64,000 nt of DNA from Lytechinus pictus (lineage: Eukaryota). The DNA is taken from contig NC_087250.1 in the NCBI RefSeq assembly GCF_037042905.1, positions 19,284,001-19,348,000 of the forward strand, written 5' to 3'. Both the position numbers and the translations under genes were made by a program. How positions within the stretch are numbered: position 1 is the stretch's first letter; each line of letters opens with the position of its first letter. Shown in pieces: positions 36,772 through 49,315 of the stretch. The notes beneath the pieces were generated by a model that was given only the letters and a program-made list of their open reading frames with translations, did no database searches and had not been told where the DNA came from.

Positions 36772-37914
36772 CTTACCGCCAACATTTGAAAAGAATACCG
36801 TTTGCGTTGCGTTGCAGTTTATTGAGCTCGATCGAGAAGTGGGACGAAGAAGGCCGTTAATAATTCAACTACTTAAAGAATGCGGGTTAGATGTGGACGA
36901 CTTCGAAGACATTTGCAGTAGGCTAAACAGTAAGTTAGATAACCATTTTCTATGATTTTCTTTTCGTAGTTTGTTAAATGCCCCGGCTTGCAACTAGCTA
37001 AAGATTTCGTCAATGAAAATGACATGACACTGGCAATCCCATCCTGTCTAACCGGGCGCTCGCCCGGCCCCGAGCGCCTGCTCGCTGCTGTGATGTGGAC
37101 CACTGGCTGGTGGTCTCAAGTCTGCACACAGTCACAGCTCACCTAAACGATTTGAGTTTAGATTTAACGTGAATTTCCTGTTATTTTACAAAATCTTTCA
37201 ATTGATGATGTTCCTTGTATTCTTATGAGTAAGTGTGCAAAAAGTCTCATTAAAAATTAAGAGAAATAATTGATTTTCTTGGGAAAATATCTCGGCCAGT
37301 CATGGTCATTTACTTGCATTTTGATTGAACAAAATTATTAAGTTAGTGGTACTGGTACGGTAGCCCGACAGCAGATCAGAATGACATGAGAAATTGAGAA
37401 TGAACGTTAAGAATATTACTTAGAAATTAGCGGGAAAATTATGTGGAACAATTCATTTTATGATAAAAATTTCTTGATAACTATCGGGAAACGGTATCAT
37501 GTAAAAATGAAAGGCTACGTCGGACCCGGGTCGCACCGCGGACAATTCAGTTTAACATGCATTGTAGCGTATAGCATGCATGTCCAGCTCAGCTAGACGC
37601 GCTGGCAACGCGGGCTAGTGTGGCTGCTCAGCTCAGGCTTGGCTGGCTGGCTAGCCGGCTGGAAGTGGAAATGCGCCAGTTTCTATGCATGGATATTTTT
37701 CCGGTCATCAATAAGAAGATCGTAGTTTGTTTGTTGCCGAAATGATTCTGAAACATCCTTTACTTTTGAGGATTGATGATGAATGATGCAACAATTATTT
37801 CCGATGACTTTTCCCCACTTTTTATGATTTTTTTTTGCCCGTGATGCATATAGAGCTTGTGGAATTTACGTGTGTCGCATGCGACGCGTGTTCTACACTG
37901 GCGAGAACGTTGCT

Positions 37915-38152
37915 GGTAGGATGGGGGTCGGGTGTCCGGACAGTTTTATCTTTTTGAAGCCTTCCTTTTATCTTTGGATTACACTAAAAATATGAATTCA
38001 ATACTTGTTATCATCTTCTATTTTGTTCTTTATAATATTTCCTAATAATTTGTACTAAAAATTGATGGAACTTTGCTTTTTTTCCAAATGACTTTCTAAA
38101 ATTGATCGTCCAGACACACAACCTGTCTGGACACACAACAACTGGGTAATAC
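37915..38152. repeat. Interspersed repeat; inverted copy at ~59620-59862
   Basis: TAGGATGGGGGTCGGGTGTCCGGAC...GGACACACAACAACTGGGTA matches the reverse complement of 59620-59862. Confidence 0.7.
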
Positions 38153-38824
38153 TAATAGTGGCCGATGTCTGCGCACTTATTCACATGATGCGAAGATTTC
38201 GATAAGAAAGCACAGTCACAGAGGCTGCATTTTGAGGACGTCACATGAAATGCCCTGGAAAGAATTCCATATGCAATTCCAATGTACCCCCCACCAACAT
38301 GATAAAAAATAAGATTGTTGAGACTTAATTCCATTCCAGTTCGTTCACTTCAGATTTTTCTATAATTTTTTTACCCTTGTTTTGGCACCTTAGTTGGGAC
38401 TTGAGATCACCTCGTTTTATTTGCAGTCAAGACCTGTTCCTGCTATGCTAGCAAGAAGTGCTGATGCCGGAAGGGGTATTTTAACGATTATCAGCCAATA
38501 GTTCGCCTAGACTTGACTCACAGACCCTTGAGTAAATAAACCGATGTCTATGGACAATTACACACACTAGATACATCCATACATGCTCGAAATTTGACGG
38601 AATAAAGCCATATTTTAGTATGTATTTCCACTCCTAGTACTATCCACTACCCCATCATATATGTTCTATATTGTGCTAGATATATTATTCTGAACCTTCT
38701 TCATGTTTTTATTTTCAATTTTAGTGGGGTTGCATATGGAACTCTTGCCAATGCCCTAAATTCATTATTTTCCAACCATTTTAAGTCAGATTTTTTATGA
38801 ATAGATCTGTTTATGACATTCCAG

Positions 38825-39010
38825 GAGAAAGAGAGGGAGACCCAAAACTACTTGTCCTGGCATCACATTTGAGGAGGAGATGAAGTCGGTGAATATGACC
38901 TAGCCCGGGGGAGTTTCCAGAAGACGGCCCAGAACCACTGGCCGCCAGGAGTGGAGGTCCTTTGTTGTTGCTCTACATGTCAGGAGGCATCGGGCAGTAG
39001 GTAAGACTAA
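38825..39010 (+). mobile_element. Decayed 3' end of an RTE-type LINE
   Basis: Fragments KRGRPKTT, EEEMKSVNMT, FQKTAQN and RQEWRSFVVALH, then a TAAG-like tail. Confidence 0.65.
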
Positions 39011-40559
39011 GTATAGTAGGCTCTTTCAGGTGTAAAGTTTATTTTTGTTTGGAGTCGTTGCGTATCTTCCATTATCAGAATCGCGCAGATTCGGATGTGC
39101 GCAATCTTAGGGCACCTTATCTGTCAATGGTCCTAACTGTACTTAGAGGACTCTGTGATGATATTTTTATCATTTTTACATTGTACAAGGGGTATTTTCA
39201 TTCACGGAGCTAGACAAGTCTCTGTTGCCTGTAGAACTTGGTACACAAAGATGGATTTCCCTTAAAAAATCCACCTTTCCCACAATAATTTTGGGCAAAC
39301 ATTTGATTTTTCCAATTTGTAAGCCTTTTGTTATCTAAATATACAAAATTAAGGCTTAAGAAATGTTACTTTTAAGCAGGTAAACATTTCGAAGGATCAC
39401 TTGCTTGCAATTCCCAAGCTATATAACACAATGACATGACCTTTAAGTCGAGAGACGTCCATATGCAAGAAAATACAGAGGGAATTGGTGCAAATGCATA
39501 GCTGATTGTGCTAGTACTAGATTCCTGGCTGACGTGTATCGGTTTGGACGTTCTAATGACAAGTTTAGAGTGTAATTTGGCGCTAATAGAGTTTCACAAC
39601 GGTTGGCATGATTTCTTGGCATGATTGAGGTTAACATTTTATTTTTTTTTCTCTCTTTTGCAGCCCTGGTAGAAGCACCATCTTGATACCATCATTCAAA
39701 CTCTCATCAGCTGTATCATTATAGGTGGACTAAAAGAACAATATTCATGCAGATATAATGGTGTGTACAAATTTATCCTTTGTGGAAGGTATTTTTTATA
39801 ATTATTGTGTTATTTTGATTATTTACATGTGCATGAACATGAGATGCAGTTAAATAATTTTGATTTTGTAACCACTCTGATACAAAGCTTGTCTAATAAT
39901 TAATGCCCTTACAAGGTTCATGCTGTTGTCAATTCAAACGTATTAGATAGGCATAAGTGAAACATCAACATCTGACATGCATTTATTATCACATCAGAAT
40001 TGATCTTCGTTATGTGAAATTGGCAACTTGTAATTTCTTACTCAAACTGATGGAATTATCCCATAACCATTTAAAACACATTTAAAAAAAGCATGAATTA
40101 AAATCATGTTTAATTAAAATAAATATTTTTTTTTTTACTTTAAAATGTCCTTCCCTATACAGAGATGGTTTGGAGGTGCAGCAGATCTTGAGGGCATCAA
40201 GCCCCCCTCCCCCGACCTGACTTTACATGTTAATATTTGAAGTATAAATATGGAACAAACCCCACATTGTTTTTTAATCATTTTTTAAAAAGTTTGGAAA
40301 TTGATATTGAAACCATGTAGTTTTTAATGAATATTAAATAGTTAATGCAGGAAAGGCTTTTATGTTTATCTTCTTCTGTTATTTATTGCAGATGCCTTAA
40401 GTTGAAATGGAAGGTGTCCTGAATCTGCACCCATTCATCTGGTTTCGTAACTCCTTTCATAGTGCTATTGGAACCTGCTCCCTACCAGTATAACATCAAA
40501 CAGATTGGAAGAATAAAGGCCAATGGGAAGTGCCTTTTATATTTGTACTTGCCACAAAG

Positions 40560-41090
40560 CAGTCCATGGTTTAGCGCTATCTAAACTGGACTATTGTAAT
40601 GCTCTTCGTGCTTGAATTAGGGCGATCTGGACTGACTGCATATAGTACAGAATGCTGCATCTATTGTGCCATTTGCCATACGCCAACTTCGCTGGCTGCA
40701 AGTCAAGGAAAGGATATACATGAACATCAGTGTCCGTCTCCTGATTTTCAAAGTCATTGACAGAGATCCAGATTACATGTTTTATAAGGAATCCCTTGTG
40801 CATCATTTTCATTCTAGGCGCACTTGCCTTTTTATTTTTGTGATCATTACGCACCTACGAATTAGCTACTGGTGATGCAACTTTCTCCACTTCTGCTCCA
40901 AGGCCGTGAAATTAGCTCCTTCCTCTCCTCCAGTTGTCAACAACCTTGGATCAATCCAAATACAATTTGAGAAGACCTACCATCCTGATCTTTGCTCTGT
41001 ACTTACAACAATACTGTCACTGTCTGGTAATTTGAATTTTTTTAAATCTCATGCGCTTTGTATCTCGCAAAATAACGTGTTGTGTAAAAG
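40560..41090 (+). mobile_element. Decayed 3' fragment of an L2/CR1-group LINE
   Basis: Fragments LSKLDYCNAL, QNAA, LRWLQVKERI, LLIFKVI and FSTSAPR. Confidence 0.65.
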
Positions 41091-42349
41091 CGAACATGCA
41101 TTGAGGTCAAGTTTAAGGGTAACCATGGATATTGCCTTTTATTACTTTTTAACAAAACTGAAAAATTCATCCAAATTAGACAAGGGATAATAAAGTAATG
41201 TATGACATTCTAACCTCTGCATTATTTTGGTGAAAGAGCTCTAAGCATATATGCAAGTAGCAAGCTGATGATGTCATACTGACGTACATTGTACATGTAC
41301 ACGTATCCCCAACTTATTATTTTGTATATAAAATTGTGCATTTAATTTTGTTTACCAAGAATGAAACAAATCGGATTGTAAACTGTATTGATGTGACTTA
41401 CCTGTATTGATTATTGCTGGAAGTTCTTTTGCTACATGGGATTGGAAGACATACTTATTACACACATGAAGTAAATTATTATTTTATCTGGTAACATGAG
41501 AACAATAAAAATGTGGGCATGATATCATAAACTTACATGTATCTACTTGCATGTGTTGATGACCAATATTTTTGTAATTATTTTTTTTAAAATTTTATCT
41601 GATTTTGATAAAATTTTCACTATTTTGCATGGTAAAAATTACTTTATTTTAGATTATGTTGAGCCCGTATCATATACAAGTACAACTTTAAAGATAAATT
41701 ACCAGTTGTAGTAACAATCTTAAAATTAGTTCGAACAGAATCCAATAGAATTACCAGCAAAATATAAAAGACATGTGCCATAATTAATTATAGCTCGGGA
41801 AGAAAATGTGTAATTGCTGAGAAATGAGCAAAATAAGCATGTAATTCTATCCAATGTCAGGTATTTTTCAAATCAATCATAATACACTGTCCTGTCCCAC
41901 ATGTTCTTTTCTGTGTTAGTGATCATCAAAATAATTAATTTTAAGTTCAAAATTAGTGATTTTACAAAAATACAAGCTTACATTAATGTACCAGATCTAG
42001 AGATTATGTACAATATTTTGACAATTTCTCATGAAATAATTGTTTGCTGCAACTGCTGTCTTTTTAATACGTTTAAGTGATAGTGTAATACAACCACAAA
42101 CTTTTCTTAAGAATTAATGTACATGTATGATTCTTTCACCCAAATTTACATGCATTGATACTGTTGACTACTTGCCAAAAGTTCCTGCCAAAAGCCTTTT
42201 TTAACGTTGTACATGCTTTTATAGACGACCTGCCAAAACATTGTATTGTATTATATTCAAGGTCCAACCAAAAAGAGATGAATAAAATGTTTGAAGGAAA
42301 TTGAAATTAACTTTAAAAATGATAGATCTCTGTCAATGCAGTATTATTA

Positions 42350-42644
42350 CAGGGTTCCCACAGTCATGGAAAATCCTGGAAAAAAATTGGTCATGGAAAG
42401 TCAGGGATATGTGAAAAGTCATGGAATTGCATTTACCTCTTGGCTATGACAGCTTTCTAGTTTTTTATGTCTCACAACTCTCATACTCTGTGATTGTACT
42501 CTACTATTATAATTGGTGTTCATGATCATAACATGTCTGATTTTGTAAACTGTGCCAGAAAGGAATTAAGTCATGGAAAGCAGCAATTTTAATAGTCATG
42601 GAGAGGTCATGGAATTCTGTTTTCAAATTTCTGTGGGAACCATG
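42350..42644. mobile_element. Short hAT-like MITE
   Basis: CAGGGTTCCCACAG ... CTGTGGGAACCATG; internal GTCATGGAA repeats. Confidence 0.6.
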
Positions 42645-42724
42645 AATAGGTTTGTGCACTTGACACAGTGTGCACTACAGATGAACTTTGTAATGCCATG
42701 ATATAAACCAGTACAATATCTTAA

Positions 42725-43445
42725 AGGAAAATAAAACCCAAAATATAATACCACATGATACCATTGATAAATACAGGACAATGAAAATGAATCCACTCAT
42801 ATACCCCCAATCCGATGTCCCAGTATGGAGTACCACCTTTTCAAAGTTGGCATCTTCTGGTACAAAGTCTATGGATGGGGATTATTCCGTCAGCGACGAA
42901 CTACATCTCTAAACGTTTGGGCATTATATATTCTATTTCATCGATAATAAATCAAATGTACAGATAAAACTCATAAAATATTAATTAAAATTTGTTTAAT
43001 ATTATATGATAGGTTCAAATTACGACTTGATGAGTTTTAATGATAAAAATTACACCCTAATCTACGATTTACAAATTGGCAGCGGAAATTGGGGTGTAAA
43101 TCTTATCATTAAAACTCATCAAATTGTATTTTGAACCTACCATATATTAAACAAATTTAACTAATATTTTTATGAGTTTTATCTGTACATTTGATTTGTT
43201 ATTGATAAAATAGAATATATAATGCCTAAACGTTTAGAGATGTAGTTCGTCGCTGATGTAATAATTTCCTAACTAACCCCGCGAAAATGGCGACCTCCAT
43301 CCAGAAACTTCGAACCATACTGTAAGAGGCCAACTTTGAAAAGGTGGTACTCCGTAATTGGATTAGGGTATGAGTGGATTCATGTTGATTGTCCTGTATT
43401 TATCAATAATATCATGTGGTATTATGTTTTGGGTGTTATTTTCCT
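42725..43445. mobile_element. TTAA-flanked foldback MITE
   Basis: TTAA-AGGAAAATAA ... TTATTTTCCT-TTAA; the two halves are inverted copies over most of the length. Confidence 0.8.
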
Positions 43446-46400
43446 TTAATTCAGATATTACATGCCAGGGTATTGTCCTAGTTTTCATTTTCTCCAAATA
43501 CATATTATCATCTCTCGTCTATTTCTACTTGCCCTTCAGCCTTGAAGTAAACTTGGGATAATTATGCATTTTGTTATACGCAATTTTGAGTACAGTGCAC
43601 TTTGCCGCAGCTACTTATATGATATTACCTATTGTAGACACATCCTTATGTTTTGTTCATTTTCTTAAAAACGATTAAGAGTTTAATCATTTTTGTCTTT
43701 AAGCATAAAACAAAGAGTAAATCAGTCCATTCTGTATGTGTGACCTGCAAAAAAACTACAATGGTCGTTAATTTGGTTTGCTGAAAAGCCAGATAACCTT
43801 TGAGGTAACTTTTTAAAGTATTTAGAAGAAATGTATCTTTTTTAAAAGTATTTATATGCACTGTAACTAATTTCTTTGATAGTTACTATTATGTTACACT
43901 GTTTGTACAGTAAAGCAGCTGTTACACAATTTTTGTCAATAGCAAATCTAAACCAGTATTGTAAATTGATGACTCTATGAGCTAAATACCAGTACTTTCT
44001 ATATCACTTGTAAAATCATTTGTTGTCTGTTCATTGAAGGTGTTGTATTTTCTTAATCTTATAAAAGTACATAGGGTCATGAACACATTCTACTGCTACC
44101 AAAATCATACCCATGATCTGTGATGTATCTAACCAGTTACCACACACATTGCAACACACCAGTTGCAACATACATTATCATGCATCAGTTATCACACATC
44201 TAGTTACCACACACATTTTGGGTAATGACTCTGATGCATGGTATTATGTGTATTATGTACAATATGTGTGGTAACTGGTTAGTGTTTACCACACACCATT
44301 TACCACACGAATTACCTCATATTTTACCACACACCAGTTACCACATGCATTACCACACACCAGTTACGTAACTGGTGTGTGGTAGTGTATGTGGTAACGT
44401 GTGTGGTAAATCGTGTGTAGTAATGCATGTGGTAACCGGTGTGTGGTAAAATGTGACGTAATTTGTGTGGTAAGGCATGTGATAAAATATGAGGTAATTT
44501 GTGTGGTAACGCGTGTGGTAACCGGTGTGTGGTAAAATGTGAGGTAATTTGTGTGGTAAAATATGAGGTAATTCGTGTGGTAAATGATGTGTGGTAACAC
44601 GTGTGGTAACTGGTGTGTGGTAAAATGTAAGGTAATTTGTGTGGTAAATGGTGTGTGGTAATGCATGTCGTAACTGGTGTGTGGTAACTGGTGTGGTAAA
44701 TGTCGTGTGATAATCTATGTGGTAAATGGTATGTGGTAAAAATTGTTACCATAAATTAATCCCTTGTGTGGTAAATGTTACCATATATTAATCCATTCAT
44801 GTGGTATTCCTGTGGTAATGTTGTGTGGTAAATGTTCCAATTTACCACAGGACAATACCACACGACATTACCACACATTACCACACAATACCACAGGACA
44901 TAAAGACATAGCATTACCACACAACAATATATGTGGTAATCGTGTGGTACAGTCCTATGGTAATTATATGGTATTACCACAGGACATTTTTGTAAGGGTA
45001 ATGCGGAAAATGGAGCTACTGGTCAAGCAAGCAAAGTGGAAGATGGCAACTTCACCTTTGACCTTCTGACCTCAAAATCAATATAATTGTTAGGATCTAT
45101 GCTAGTATCATACACACCAAACTATATGAGCCCAGGTTAAGTTCAACTAAAGTTATCTCGTGAACAAGGACTGCAGAAGGGTAAGATGAAAACATGTCAC
45201 TGTGATCTTGACCTTTTGACCTCAAAACCAATAGGCTTGCTGGGATCCATGCTAGTATCATACACACCAAACTATATGAGCCCAGGTTAAGTTCAACTAA
45301 AGTTATCTCGTGAACAAGGACTGCAGAAGGGTAAGATGAAATACGTCACTGTGACCTTGACCTTTGACCTCAAAAATCAATAGGCTTCCTGGGATCCATG
45401 CTAGTATCATACACACCAAATTATATGAGTCTAGGTTAAGTTAAACTGAAGTTATCGCATTTACAAGGACTGCAGAAGGGTACGATGAAAATAGGTCACT
45501 GTGACCTTTGACGTTTTGACCTCAAAATCAATAGGCTTCCTGAGATCCATGCTAGTATCATACACACCAAATTATATGAGTCTAGGTTAAGTTAAACTTA
45601 AGTTATCGCTATTATAAGGACTGCAGAAGGGTACGATGAAAATGGGTCACTGTGACCTTGACCTTTGACCTTTTGACCTCAAAATCGATAGGCTTCTTCA
45701 GATCTATGCTAGTATCATACAAACCAAATTATATGAGCCTAGGTCAAGTTAAACTGAAGTTATCGCGTTTACAAGGAAAAGTTAACGGACGGACGGACGG
45801 ACACCGAGCGTGATACCATAATACGTCCCGTCGAGACGGGCGTATAAAAAGAAAAATCCAACAAGCACAACACTGAAAATTTCATTAAAATCGGATGTAA
45901 AATAAGAAAGTTATGGCATTTTAAAGTTTTGCTTAAATTCACAAAACAGTTATATGCACATCCTGGTCGATATGCAAATGAGGAGACTGATGACGTCATC
46001 CACTCACTATTTCTTTTGTATTTTGTGAGAAATATGTAATATTCTAATTGTCTCCCCATTGTCAAGCGAAACAACGATTAATTCCTCCATGAACATGTGG
46101 AATTAGCATTGTTTAATACTATGTGGTTCAATCAAGTTGGTCCTTATTGTCAAATTTGTAAAAAATGAAATATTGTATAATTCGAACAATAAAAAACAAA
46201 AGAAATAGTGAGTGAGGGACATCATCGAATGTCTCATTTGCATGTCACTGAGTTTTGCATATCACTGTTTTGTGAAAACTAAGCGAAAATTTAAAATGTC
46301 ATAACTTTCTTATTTTACATCCGATTTTGATGAAATTTTCATCATAATACTTGTATGATTTTTCTCTATTTATTCAAATTGACATTTTTCTGGGGTGGAC

Positions 46401-46606
46401 TTGACCTTTAATAGGTGGTTTGTTGCCATTTATGCATGGGAGAGCAAAAACTTAACTCAGTGAGGTTATCATGAATCACTAACATTTAATGATATTTTTC
46501 TTTCAAGTCTCACACAACTTATCAGACCAAATTCTTATGCCAAGGTACACCGTGCACCACCTTCCCAGAAACCAGTGTTTTCATGGAAGTCAAATATTCT
46601 AATATA

Positions 46607-47383
46607 CAGTGCGTCCCACAAAAAACGAAACCGAGATCAATCAATGATTTATCATAACTCAATCAAAAATACAATAGACAAATGACCTACTTATTCACGC
46701 ATGAGTGAGCAAAAACAATTTGAAGAGGGGATACCAAAAAGTCACTTGGCCGGCTGTATCTGGGTTTCAAAACGAAAACCACATTTTTAAAATCTGCTTT
46801 TAAATATCTGCTCTTTAATTTGATAACTCAATTACAGAAATTGGTCAAGAAATGACATAGTTCTGGTCATTTTAAATAAGGCTTGAATTTCAATAATTTC
46901 ATAAAATGAAGCAGATTTACAGGCTAGCTTTCAAACTCACTCGACACTCTGCTTTGTTGACGATCAGCCATGCATTAAGTCTTTTGTTAACCGTGCGATA
47001 GCTTCTGCGGGAAACCGGTGAAAACATGTTTATTTAATGAAATTATGGAAATACACGTCAAGCATTGTTTCGAGAGAACATAACTTTTTTACTTCTTGAC
47101 CATTTTCTGTGATTAAGGTATCAAATAAAAGAGCAGATATTGAACTTTTAGGCATGCAATTTTCTCTTTGAAATTCAGATACCCCCCACCAAATGAGTTT
47201 TTGGTATCCTTTCTTCAAATTGTTTTTGCTCACTCATGCGTGAATGAGGAATAATCTAAGTAATTTCAGAACAAAGAGGACATTCTAAGCTTTACAATGG
47301 TAGGTCATTTGTCTATTATATTTATGATTAAGTTATGATAAATCATTGCTAAATCTCGGTTTCATGTTTTGTGGGACGCACTG
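46607..47383. mobile_element. Intact Tc1/mariner-type MITE, copy 2
   Basis: TA-CAGTGCGTCCCACAAAA...TTTTGTGGGACGCACTG-TA with long internal inverted arms. Confidence 0.85.
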
Positions 47384-47449
47384 TAGAAAGGGTTAATGAC
47401 TTTTATACTTTGTCATGATTTAGGACATCTTTAAAATATTTCTGACGTA

Positions 47450-49120
47450 ATACATTACTGATACACAAACTTTTAAAAGTCATCATGAAATATGGCATTA
47501 CGCCAGCTACATCCACAAACCTCTTGACTTTCTTTCTTCCTTCCCTCCATCACTTTCCTCTTTGATCTCTTTCTTTATAACTTGCACACGTTGCATGAAC
47601 TTTGGTTGATTTACTTGTAATCCTATGTGTAAAAACAGAACAAATTGTCACCAAAAAATTCACAAATTTGAACAGATGTTTAATTAAGGAAACTAGTTTT
47701 CTACGCGATTTTTTTTCTGAGGGGCTTGAACAACGTTGATCAAATAAACAAGGTACTGGAGGAAATGATATTGTCTGTGCGGCCTGAATGACTTTGATCA
47801 AAAATTCAATTTACATTTAGTGTCTCTCCAAGTTACCATCTATTAGGCCAGTCAAGTTGAGATAATAACTTTTAAAAACAATTTTTTGTTATATTGCAAT
47901 TTGTACAATTTTGTTCAAACTTTAGTCTAGACCTCCTCTGATGTTTTTTCATGATTTCTTTGGGGTTTGAGTCTGATTAGTTTGGAGAATTTTCTTTGAA
48001 AAGAGTTTGCTCTGTGAAATAGTTGCAGGTTTCTAACACAATACATTACTGATACACATACATTTAGAAGCCATCATGAAATATGACATTATGCCAGCGA
48101 CATTCACAAACCTCTTGACTTTCTTTCCTCCTCCCCTCCATCACTTTCCTCTTTGATCTCTTTCTTTATAACTTGCACACGTTGCATGAACTTTGGTTGA
48201 TTTACCACAGGTATTCCTGTGTGTACAAACAGATCAAATAAACAAGGTAATGGGAGCATATGATAATGTCTGTGCAGATTGAATGACTGATCAAAAATTC
48301 AAATTATATCTAATGTCTTTCCAAGTTACCAGCTTTTACGCCAGTCAAGTTGAGATTATAACTTTTAAAAACCATTTTTTATTATATTGAAATTTGTACA
48401 ACTTTGTTCAAACTTTAGTCTAGATCTCCTCTGATGTTTTTTCATGATTTCTTTGGGGTTGGAGTCCCCTTAGTATGGAGAATTTTCTTTAAAGAAAAAA
48501 AGTCTGCTCTGTAAAATAGTTACAGGTTTCTGACACAGTACATTACAGATACACATACTTTTAGATGTCATCATGACATGACATTACGCCAGCGACATTC
48601 ACAAACCTCTTGACTCTATTTCCTCCTCCCCTCCATCACTTTCCTCTTTGATCTCTTTCTTTATAACTTGCACACGTTGCATGAACTTTGGTTGATTTAC
48701 CTGTAATCCTGTGTGTACAAACAGAACAACAAATTGTCACAAAAAAGTTCACAAATTTGAACAGATAATTCATCAATGAAACAAGTTATCTACGCGATTT
48801 TTTTCTGAGCGGCTTGAAAAACGTTGATCAAATAAACAAGGTACTGGGAGTATATGATATTGTCTGTGCGGCCTGAATGACTTTGATCAAAAATTCAAAT
48901 TACATTTAGTGTCTCTCCAAGCTACCATCTTTCAGGCCAGTCAAGTTGAGATTATAACTTTTAAAAACAATTTTTTGTTATATTGAAATTTGTATAATTT
49001 TGTTCAAACTTTAGTCTAGACCTCCTCTGATGTTTTTCATGATTTCTTTTGGGGTTGGAGTCTGATTAGTTTGGAGAATTTTCTTTAAAGAAAAAAGTTT
49101 GCTCTGTGAAATACTTTGCA
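47450..49120. repeat. Three tandem ~500-590-bp intronic units
   Basis: Homologous to 15790-17980, one unit fewer. Confidence 0.85.
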
Positions 49121-49179
49121 GGTTTAATACCAGGAGGATAGAATCATCCTTCAACAAAGAAAAAAATGGATGTACCTAC

Positions 49180-49315
49180 CAAGATTTATCATCATCTCGT
49201 AGTTTTCTTTGACATTCTTGATACATGTTCTCTCATAAACGCTGATCTTTGCCCATTCCTTGGCTGTGAAGTAAACCTGGACATCTGAATATTGATCCAT
49301 CTCTGGAAGGGACAT
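49180..49315 (-). CDS. First coding exon, copy 2: ancestral KRAB-A domain
   Basis: MSLPEMDQYSDVQVYFTAKEWAKISVYERTCIKNVKENYEMMINL-G|GTAGGT; 136 nt; acceptor at 49353-49355. Confidence 0.88.

Larger units (their letters stand above)
34218..44998. mobile_element. 10.8-kb non-autonomous CMC/EnSpm-like DNA transposon (copy 2 only)
   Basis: 24-bp TIRs CCCTTAC(G/A)AAAATGTC(G/C)TGTGGTA with 2 mismatches; 2-bp TSD TA; empty site GTCTGTAATGCGG at ~8640; dense subterminal TACCACA/TGTGGTA repeats at both ends; no transposase ORF seen. Confidence 0.85.
34175..45850 (+). mobile_element. Helentron-associated element, family B, split by the CMC-like insertion
   Basis: 34175-34217 joins 45001-45850 exactly as in copy 1; ends in (GGAC)n and hairpin ATACGTCCCGTCGAGACGGGCGTAT-AAAAA. 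Confidence 0.75.
34135..46407. mobile_element. TTAA-flanked MITE (Kolobok-like), outermost layer of a nested stack
   Basis: TTAA-AGGACAAGTCCAC ... GTGGACTTGACCT-TTAA; only the left 40 bp (8562-8600) survive in copy 1. Confidence 0.75.

Noticed and set aside
39001..39006. Splice donor GTAAGA as part of the antisense transcript
   Set aside because: Better explained as the TAAG-type tail of the RTE fragment.
44324..45069. His/Thr-rich ORFs (also 34236-35233)
   Set aside because: Translations of TACCACA subterminal repeats.
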